A stretch of 33,640 bases of DNA, from contig JBJHCF010000025.1 of NCBI GenBank assembly GCA_050506795.1, positions 1 to 33,640 on the forward strand. Reading direction: 5' to 3'. The position numbers were made by a program, and so were the translations under genes. Of this stretch, positions 26,365 to 33,640 are shown in pieces. Below the pieces are notes generated by a model. The model made no database searches. It was given only the letters and a program-made list of their open reading frames with translations, and was not told where the DNA came from. Each line of letters starts with the position of its first letter. The stretch's first letter is position 1. The stretch is from Opitutia bacterium. GTDB taxonomy: Bacteria > Verrucomicrobiota > Verrucomicrobiia > Opitutales > T3Sed10-336.

Positions 26365-26427
26365 TGTGAAGGGTTCACAGGTTTTTGGCCGTGGGTCAAG
26401 CGCAAATGTGCGAAAATTTCGCACATT
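26365..26427. promoter_or_regulatory. Two palindromes (putative BlaI operators) flanking a TTGACC -35-like hexamer
   Basis: TGTGAA-ggg-TTCACA (26365-26379); AATGTGCGAAA-a-TTTCGCACATT (26405-26427); minus-strand TTGACC at 26399-26394. Confidence 0.65.
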
Positions 26428-26469
26428 ATGGTTTTTATTAGGTGATCCCTGGGGTCGCGGCGGGGTGAC

Positions 26470-26487
26470 ACAGGCATTCCTGCCTGT
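26470..26487. repeat. Small REP-like hairpin related to family B
   Basis: acaggcattcctgcctgt, compare gcgggcatcttgcccgc in the 13276-13341 element. Confidence 0.55.
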
Positions 26488-26602
26488 CGATTGCAAGATG
26501 CCCGCGCGGCGGCCCTCCGGGGAAATAGTGGATGCGATTCGGTTAAGCGAAACTCTGCTTGGTTATTGTGTTAGCGAATCCTCTCACTACAGCGGAAACT
26601 GG

Positions 26603-26676
26603 TCTCACACGGAGCCACGGAGCTCACAGAGGCCGATCCGGTTTAACTCTCTGTGTCTCTGTGGCTCCGTGTGAGA
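26603..26676. repeat. Family A REP palindrome
   Basis: tctcacacggagccac..gtggctccgtgtgaga; preceded by cagcggaaactgg and followed by acct like the 19091 and 30895 copies. Confidence 0.9.
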
Positions 26677-26722
26677 ACCTTCCCAGTCAGCAATGCTTCA
26701 GGTGGAAAACGTTGCCGAGTAA

Positions 26723-29700
26723 CTAAGGCCCGGTGGTTTCAACCCGCAGGCGGTAGAAGGTGCGAGACGGGGACAGTTGGGGATCGGATGGTATGATGGA
26801 AATTGCGGTCACGGCGCCGTCTACCGGGATTTCCTGGACGGAGTACGGTTGACCGTCGGCCACCTGGAGGGGCGTGCCGGGGTTTCCGGTGGCGATTGCG
26901 GTCCACTCCGCGAGGTCTTCGGATGACTCGAGCGTGACGACCAGGTCGCTGGCGCGAGTGTTGCGGCGAAATTCGATGCGGTGGCTATCCCCGGAGGCGC
27001 CTGCGATCACCGGAAGGTGCCGGAGAGCGGGTTCGTACGGTCCGGCGCCGACCGCGTGACGCAGAAGGTTGGGGATGGCGTCGGCGGCGACCGAGGTCGC
27101 CGGGTCGGCGGAATCCGCTCCGGCCACGGCGTCCGCCCATTCTGCGAATGTGCCGGCCGGACTCCTTTCGATGGCGAAGGAATCAAAATAAACGGCATTG
27201 CGCGGAGAGATTCCATGTCCGTCCGAGAAGGCCAGCAGGGCGATCGTGACGAGGTCCGTCTCGGCCCAGTCGTCGAGTGCGAAACTGGCGAGAGCATTCG
27301 GCTGGCCGTAGCCGGATTGGGCGACGTGAAAAACGCCGTCCGCGTAGTCGACGTAAAGCGTTCCGGTCGACTCGCCGGTGGTGGAATGGGTCAGAGCTTC
27401 GATCTCGCCGCCGCTCGACCGGAGCGCCACCCATTTGCGGCCGGCGGGCGCGGATTCCCGGTCCAGGGTTCCGTTTCCAATCAGGATCAGATCGTCGGGA
27501 ATACCGTTTCCGGGCCGATCGGCGCCGGGAAACACCGCCAGTGCCAACTCGCCCTGGTCGGTGGAGGAGAAGTGGGTGGCGTTGAAATCGACCCGGGCGC
27601 GAAAGGCTTCGTCGAGGCGAAACACCGCCCGGGAGGCGACCGATACGGTCCCCGGCTCCCCGCCTTCCGCGTGAACTTGCAGACGCGAATTTCGCTGACG
27701 GAATAAAAGGTTATTCGTTCCTGCGGGATCCTCCCAGCGCACGGAATCAAGCTCGGCGCCCGAGAAATCGTCCGTATGGTATCGGGGGTCCGGGCGGTCT
27801 CCGGCGCCCAATGCGAACCAGGAGAACCCCTCCGTGGCCGCGGTGATCTTCCTGTTCCAGGGGTCCACCATGCTGTCGAGCGGCTCCCAATTCGCTCCGT
27901 TCCAATGAAAGGCGGCGAGGCGGGTTTCGCGCAGGTCGTTTGCCAATGTGTCGGCGTGGTAGCCGAAGGTGAGGACGGCGGGACCGTTGAAATTCGCGGT
28001 CGTCGAGACATTCCAGGCCTGAAGGGAGTCGCCACTCGGGTGGAAGGTGATCTCCGGCAACTCGCCCTGGGAGATCCAGGCGTCCCGTTCCTCGGCATTG
28101 GCCGCCAGGTGACGGACAAAAACCGTTCCGGTCGATGTGACGTCGCGCAGGATAAAATCGACGCCTCCGGCAAACGCGGCTCCTCCGTTGGCGCTGCCGG
28201 CGGGTTTTTCGGGCGAAATCCGCGATCCGGTGGAGACGGTCAGAAGAACGTCGAACGAGACGGTTTCCCCGGGTGCCAGCGAACCGAGATCCCATTGCTG
28301 AGCCCCCGCGACCCAACGCTCGTCCGGCGCGAAATAGGCGACGTTGTTCAACGCGTTTTCCTCGATGGAAAGGTGCGTGCCGACGGAAGGTTTGCCTTCG
28401 AAATGGGAGTCTTCGCCCTCGATGCCGAAGTGACTGTTTTCAAAGGCGACCGGGGGGACCGACGACAGGAAGGAAATGTAGTCTTCGAATTCTGCCCCTT
28501 CGTCCGTCCAGTCGAAATCCTCCCAGTCGAAGTCGTCGTCCCAGATCGAATCGTCGAAATCGAACACGGTATCGACCCCGATCTGCGTGGTGGTGTAACG
28601 GTATTCCTGATACGGACCGGGGTAGGGGCGGTCGTCGTAGAGGCTCACCTCCGACTGGAGCCCGTGCAGGAGCTGGAAGAGGTTCAGGTCGGTGATGGTC
28701 TCGCCGGAAATGTTGGTGATGTGGTAGGTGTGGCGAAGCGCGTAGCGGCTGGAGCGTACGGATTCGCCTTCGGAGGAGCCGGTCGCCGGGATGAGCCCGA
28801 GGGGAAGGCCGAACACCGTGTCCACCATCTCGAAGGTCTGCTCGATTTCGAGATGGTCGTTGGCGATGGTCGATGCGGCGCTGTCGGCGTTATCGGAGGT
28901 GTGTTCAATGGGGGAAATTTCCTCGAAATCCGAGTTGGTGATCCAGTCCGGAAAAAGGAAATACGGCTCGAGCCAGGTCGGCGGCACCGGACCGCTTTCG
29001 GAGAGCGTGTACGCCACGGCGGCGCCCCATTCCCCGGACAGGTATTCCCGCCCTTCGGATCCGGACGTGAGATCGTTGAGGATATCCGAATACCCGAAGC
29101 TGCTGATGATGATTTCCCAGTCCGGGTTGCCGAGCATCAGGCTGGGCGAGAACAGGAATCCTCCGCTGTCGTACATCTCGACGTAAGGCGACGTGTCAAA
29201 GAGCCCAAAAACCGGCGCGACGCCGGCGTCCAGGGTGTGTTCGGCGAACGTTTCCCAGGTCTCGTTTTCGAGCCGGTACTCGGTTTTCATGGTCTGGCCG
29301 TCATCGGAGAAGCTCATGCGCAGGCTGATCGAATCCGAAAGACTGTGGTTTCCGCTTAGCTCCACCGTTTCCGTGTGGGTCCAGAGAAACCCGCCCGTTT
29401 CGGGATTGTGGAGCGAAGCGTTCAGGAAAAGGACTCCCGGGATGCCGTCTTCATCGACCTCATGAAATCCTGCGAAAAACCGGGCCAAGGGGAACCACAT
29501 ATCGGCTTCGACTCCGATTTCGGTTGCCGGCCCGTTTCGGGTTTCGACCTCCCAGGACCAGGTTCCGGAAGCCGCCGCCTGGTCGTCGCCCGCGAGGGCC
29601 GCGTAGAGGTAGGGAAATGGGTCGTCGGCATCGAAAATCACGCTGTACCTGCCGGGCGGAGTGGTATCGAGCACGGCGTCGTCGAATCCGAACGGATCAC

Positions 29701-29950
29701 TCCAGGTGTACACGGCGTTCGACGCGTCGTCCGGAATCCCGATTACGGCATCCTCGGGAATCTCAAGGGTTCCATTTTCGTCGATCTCTCCCGAGGTGAA
29801 ATCGTAGTCGATGATCCGGCCCGAACCGTCGGCGTAGTGGATGCGGAGGACATCGAAACGGAGCTGTTCATCGGTCGCGACGGCGATCATTCCCGCTGCG
29901 AGGAGCGGGAGGAGGGTGGATATGACGAGGCGGGAGGGGAAGATGTTCAT
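26723..29950 (-). CDS. Large acidic secreted multidomain protein, 1075 aa
   Basis: Signal peptide; beta-rich domains; C-terminal TFAEWA..DAIPNLLRHAVG..LESSEDLAEW..FYRLRV domain. Confidence 0.85.
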   Translation of the reverse strand: MNIFPSRLVISTLLPLLAAGMIAVATDEQLRFDVLRIHYADGSGRIIDYDFTSGEIDENGTLEIPEDAVIGIPDDASNAVYTWSDPFGFDDAVLDTTPPGRYSVIFDADDPFPYLYAALAGDDQAAASGTWSWEVETRNGPATEIGVEADMWFPLARFFAGFHEVDEDGIPGVLFLNASLHNPETGGFLWTHTETVELSGNHSLSDSISLRMSFSDDGQTMKTEYRLENETWETFAEHTLDAGVAPVFGLFDTSPYVEMYDSGGFLFSPSLMLGNPDWEIIISSFGYSDILNDLTSGSEGREYLSGEWGAAVAYTLSESGPVPPTWLEPYFLFPDWITNSDFEEISPIEHTSDNADSAASTIANDHLEIEQTFEMVDTVFGLPLGLIPATGSSEGESVRSSRYALRHTYHITNISGETITDLNLFQLLHGLQSEVSLYDDRPYPGPYQEYRYTTTQIGVDTVFDFDDSIWDDDFDWEDFDWTDEGAEFEDYISFLSSVPPVAFENSHFGIEGEDSHFEGKPSVGTHLSIEENALNNVAYFAPDERWVAGAQQWDLGSLAPGETVSFDVLLTVSTGSRISPEKPAGSANGGAAFAGGVDFILRDVTSTGTVFVRHLAANAEERDAWISQGELPEITFHPSGDSLQAWNVSTTANFNGPAVLTFGYHADTLANDLRETRLAAFHWNGANWEPLDSMVDPWNRKITAATEGFSWFALGAGDRPDPRYHTDDFSGAELDSVRWEDPAGTNNLLFRQRNSRLQVHAEGGEPGTVSVASRAVFRLDEAFRARVDFNATHFSSTDQGELALAVFPGADRPGNGIPDDLILIGNGTLDRESAPAGRKWVALRSSGGEIEALTHSTTGESTGTLYVDYADGVFHVAQSGYGQPNALASFALDDWAETDLVTIALLAFSDGHGISPRNAVYFDSFAIERSPAGTFAEWADAVAGADSADPATSVAADAIPNLLRHAVGAGPYEPALRHLPVIAGASGDSHRIEFRRNTRASDLVVTLESSEDLAEWTAIATGNPGTPLQVADGQPYSVQEIPVDGAVTAISIIPSDPQLSPSRTFYRLRVETTGP

Positions 29951-30181
29951 GGCAATTGGGTTTTAGGCGGAATTCAGGGTGTTTGGATTCGGCATGGTCC
30001 GCAGTGTGATAGTAGTTCCGGTACGCGGTCTGTCGAGGCGGCTTTTTGATCCCGGGAGACTCGACAAAGCAGGGTTAAAGCGGGTCCTTGCATGAGCAGC
30101 GATCACGATCTCGAGTCGGATCCTCAAATGGTGAGCCGACTTGACCAGGCAAACGGGGAGACGCGATTCCGCCGAATAGCC

Positions 30182-30568
30182 TCACCAAACGATTTCGACC
30201 AGGCCGCTTTCCGAAATTTCGCCGTCACGGGTGAGCAGGGTCAAGTCGTGCCGTTTCGCCGTGGCGACGATGATTCGATCAAAGGGATCGGACTGAGGCA
30301 AAGGCAGGTTCACCGCATGGGCGGCGATGGTTCCGTCGATGGGCACGACCGTAAAAATCCCGCTGATTAAGCGCAACGTCGGCAACAGGCCATCGTCGAA
30401 TTCGACTCTTCCCTTCGCTACCAGCATCGCCATCTCGAACAGGGAGATGTCGGATAGGGCCAGCGAATCTCTGGTTTCCCGCGCGATCACCGCCCGCGCG
30501 GCGGCCCCCAACTCGGGTGCGTCCTGGAGCGCCCAGATCGCGGCATGGGTGTCCAGCAGGTATTTCAC
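30182..30568 (-). CDS. vapC: PIN-domain toxin, VapC family, 128 aa
   Basis: YLLDTHAAIW, SDISLFEMAML..KGR, DPFDRIIVATA, LLTRD; GTG start overlaps the antitoxin TGA. Confidence 0.93.
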   Translation of the reverse strand: MKYLLDTHAAIWALQDAPELGAAARAVIARETRDSLALSDISLFEMAMLVAKGRVEFDDGLLPTLRLISGIFTVVPIDGTIAAHAVNLPLPQSDPFDRIIVATAKRHDLTLLTRDGEISESGLVEIVW

Positions 30569-30789
30569 AGCGAAGCTTGCCACTCGCCGGCCGAGGAGGT
30601 CGGACCGACAATATCACCGCGAACCCGCATCCGGCCCTTAAGGCGGCCCAGAGCGGCCCCATGCTCAGGACGGTCAGCCGTGAGGCGAAGGTTTCCTTCC
30701 CGGGTTTCGATGATCACCGTTTCCCCCGCCAAAGCCGCCCGCCGCACCTTCGGAAATTCACGGAGCAGCGTGGTAACGTTGGTTTTCAT
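30565..30789 (-). CDS. vapB: Phd-like antitoxin, 74 aa
   Basis: MKTNVTTLLREFPKV..GETVII..LGRLKG....GDIVGP....W; translationally coupled to vapC. Confidence 0.8.
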   Translation of the reverse strand: MKTNVTTLLREFPKVRRAALAGETVIIETREGNLRLTADRPEHGAALGRLKGRMRVRGDIVGPTSSAGEWQASL

Positions 30790-30796
30790 GTCAGTA

Positions 30797-30824
30797 ATCA
30801 GACATATTATCAGACAAATATCAA
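30797..30824. promoter_or_regulatory. Direct repeat ATCAGACA x2 with TTGATA hexamer upstream of the TA operon
   Basis: atcagaca at 30797 and 30809; minus-strand TTGATA at 30824-30819. Confidence 0.5.
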
Positions 30825-30894
30825 GGCCGACCTCGCGGTATCCCAAAACATCCCCACGGCGTTTTCATGCGACCTTTATTTCAGCGGAAATTGG

Positions 30895-30968
30895 TCTCAC
30901 ACGGAGCCACGGAACTCACGGAGATGCGGCCGGTTGAATTCTCCGTGGCTCCGTGACTCCGTGTGAGA
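30895..30968. repeat. Family A REP palindrome
   Basis: tctcacacggagccacggaactcacggaga..tctccgtggctccgtgactccgtgtgaga. Confidence 0.9.
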
Positions 30969-31003
30969 ACCTCCACCCCATTAGTCCGGGGCTGTGGTTT
31001 TAG

Positions 31004-31245
31004 CCTGGATTATTCGCGAAGCCCAGAAGTGATGAAGCGCAAGGCGCGACCCGAATCCGATTGGGCGCGTACTTGAGTACGTAACCAAGCGGATTGCAGG
31101 GTCGCAACGCCGCGATTCGCGCTTGTGGGCGAGAGGATTGCGCAAAATACCGGACGTCAAAAAAGTTTCGCAACCGACTTAGGTGTAACAAATTCATAGA
31201 AAATACCTTAAGCTGTTTTTTGCGCAATCCGGTGAATAATTCAGG
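31004..31245. mobile_element. 242-bp non-autonomous MITE with TTAG target duplication
   Basis: TIRs CCTGGATTATTCGC / CCTGAATTATTCAC (12/14); TTAG at 31000-31003 and 31246-31249; empty site with a single TTAG at 19184-19187. Confidence 0.93.
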
Positions 31246-31512
31246 TTAGGTGAATTTGAGAAAGCAGGGTTAGGGGCCGCATGAAAAAGCATTTCAGATC
31301 GAAAATTTGAAATTTGAAATCCTTCGCCAGGAAATACGGATCAAAGCGCGCAAGTAGAAACACAGTGCACGACATCCCTATCCAAGAGGCTTACGGCGCC
31401 GGTTTGGGAATGGCGTTTTTTCGACGGATTTTGCAAAACCATGACATATTGAACCCGCCGATGGGGGTAGAGTGGGTGACAGAAAAGGAAACCATTAACA
31501 CCGGACACCGAA

Positions 31513-32948
31513 ATGAAGACCATCCTCACAACCCTCTGTTTTGCATTCATCACCACCTCGGCCCCCGCCGAAACCCCGTCCCTGTCGACGGCGGTGCAAC
31601 GGGGCCTCTTCGAAGAAGAAGTCAACCGCGACTTCAGCGCCGCCATCCGCGCCTACGAGTCGGCCGTGGCGGATTTCGACCGCGAACGCCAACTCGCCGC
31701 CACCGCCCTCTTCCGCCTCGCCGAAAACTACCGCCGCGCCCAACGAACCAGCGAAGCCGAAGCCCTGTACGAACGCGTCTTCCGCGAATTCCACGACATC
31801 CCCGAACTCGCGAGTCTCGCCGCGGAACGGCTGCCGGAGGAGCGGTTGGCCGCGCTTGTGCCCGGAGGAGAAGCAGCGCCGGTCGATGAGGAGGCGGCGG
31901 AGATCGAGCGGCTCCGGCGGATGTTCGATGACCAACCCGATTTGCTTTACAGCCGGATCAGGCTGACCACTGAAGCGGGTGGAGGACGGTTAGCCGTGGA
32001 TGGACGACACGGTTGCATCAAGCGATCGAGAAGGGCCAGCTGAGGCTCGCCCAATTCCTGATCGATCAAGGGCTGGACTCCATGACGGTGAACTCTGACG
32101 GCGAAACGCCGCTACACACCGCGGTTAAGGAAGGCTCGAGAGCCGCTGTCGAACTTTTGCGGCAAAACGGAGTGGATCTAATGGTTCGGATTCACCTCCC
32201 GGGTTCACCATCGTACCTGTCTGGAGCGACGCCACTGCATTTGGCGGCGATTAACGGTCATTACACGATTGCCGAGTACCTGCTGGAACATTCGGCTGAG
32301 GTAGATGCGACCACTTTGGAACACAGCACGCCGTTGCATTTTGCAGCTCAAGGAGCTCATCTCCAGCAGACTCGCCTGGTCGCATTGTTGATTGAGCATG
32401 GCACGGATGTGAACGCCGTTGATGTGATCGGTCAGACACCACTGCACTACGCTGTCCGCGAGCAACGTCTCGCGCTGGTGGAACTCCTGCTCGCGAACGG
32501 CGCCGACCCGAATCTCGCGGGGTTCGAGAAAAGGACACCCCTCCACCTCGCCGTGGAACGTTCAAGTTTTCCGCTGGTGGACTTGCTTATCGAACATGGC
32601 GTCGAGATCAACGCCACCGACATACGGGAACGAACGCCCTTGGATTACTTGTCCGACGAACGGGGATCTGAGCGGATTGCATCGTTACTAAACGAGCATG
32701 GCGCACATCATGGAAGATTCCACGCTCAGGTGATTCATGGTGATCGGGAACAGTTCGTCTTTTGGGATCGGTCCGAAGCAATGACATTACCTGAAGTCTT
32801 ACGGATGGCGGGAATCGATCCAGAGAGCATCCGTACAACAGTTCAGGTACGATTTTACGATATCACCGGTTCACACACGCACGGTTCGACAACAAGTCCG
32901 ACCTTTCCTCAACGCATGGACGATGGTGCGGTCATTGAAATCCGCTGA
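31513..32948 (+). pseudogene. Secreted TPR-like + ankyrin-repeat protein, frameshifted (or sequencing error)
   Basis: ORF 31513..32043 has the conserved N-terminus; ankyrin repeats continue in another frame (open from 31974: ..GWTTRLHQAIEKG) to 32948. Confidence 0.85.
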
Positions 32949-33072
32949 AACGGACATGCCGACAATATCATATCCAACCCGGTTCGCGTTCTTCGGCAAC
33001 CCGTTGAGGGCTATCGCGTCCTCGACGAGCTCAGGCCGGTGAGAGCTCACGAAGCCGGATCCGATAAAAATC

Positions 33073-33640
33073 TCCGTGTCTTCGTGGCTTCGTGTGAGCC
33101 CCATTGCATTTTTCAGACGTCTCAGTCCGAAGCCAACAACAAACGACTCATGCCGCACCCAATCTCAAAACGAATCATTTTCTCACACGGAGCCACAAAG
33201 ACACAAAGGAAGAACTGCGGGATCCGCGCTTCATTTTCGTGTGTTTCGAGTGTTTCGTGGTTCGATCAAAATGCCTTCGGATTGAGATTCAGCCGTCCCT
33301 CCGGGACAAAAACAGAACCGTTTAAGGCGCAGGACGCGTCCGCTTACTCCCAAATTGGGCTGCGCCTGTCCCTCGACAGGCTTGGGACCCTGAGTTTGCC
33401 GAACGGGCAATGGCGGTGGGTATTTCCTATGCAATCGATGCCAGGGAGTATATCCTGTATCCCTTTGTGTCTTTGTGGCTCCGTGTGAGACCCATTGCTT
33501 TTTTCAGACGTCTCAGTCCGAACCCAACAACGAACTACTCATGCCACACCAAATTCCAAAACAAATCATTTCCTCACACGGAGCCACAAAGACACAAAGG
33601 AAGAACTGCGGGATCCGCGCTTCATTTTCGTGTGTTTCGA
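33073..33640. repeat. Tandem 391-bp composite REP mosaic, continuing beyond the window
   Basis: ctcacacggagccacaaagacacaaaggaagaactgcgggatcc at 33182 and 33573; cccattgc at 33100 and 33491; unit contains family A and C arms, gtccctccgggac and ccctcgacaggc..gccgaacggg hairpins. Confidence 0.9.

Larger units (their letters stand above)
30882..31920 (+). repeat. Segmental duplication copy 2
   Basis: Matches about 19077-19850; ATG offset 12069 bp. Confidence 0.93.

Noticed and set aside
33039..33488. 149-aa ORF and other short ORFs containing SHTEP/LCLCGSV
   Set aside because: Translations of REP palindromes, not credible proteins
33073..33640. CRISPR array
   Set aside because: The period is 391 bp with conserved rather than unique intervening sequence, and no cas genes are present

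Overview
GC-rich bacterial accessory region, most likely Verrucomicrobiota. This is inferred from a PEP-CTERM protein, S-x-D-L-x-x-W terminal domains and a BlaI/M56 pair. It holds large secreted/surface proteins (choice-of-anchor-L-like, a 2380-aa four-module RCC1 protein, an aromatic-repeat lipoprotein, an FGE-sulfatase-domain protein and a 1075-aa acidic protein), an M48 peptidase, redoxins and three PIN-type toxin-antitoxin loci, one with an internally deleted toxin. Two paralogous secreted TPR-like/ankyrin genes share a near-identical upstream region and N-terminus but have divergent C-terminal halves. Intergenic DNA is dense with several families of REP-like palindromes. Comparing the duplicated block (about 19.08-19.85 kb vs 30.88-31.92 kb) shows directly a 242-bp MITE with its empty site, and a palindrome whose core is flipped between the copies. 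No rRNA, tRNA, CRISPR, transposase, integrase or reverse transcriptase was recognised. All calls are by eye; no database searches were run.
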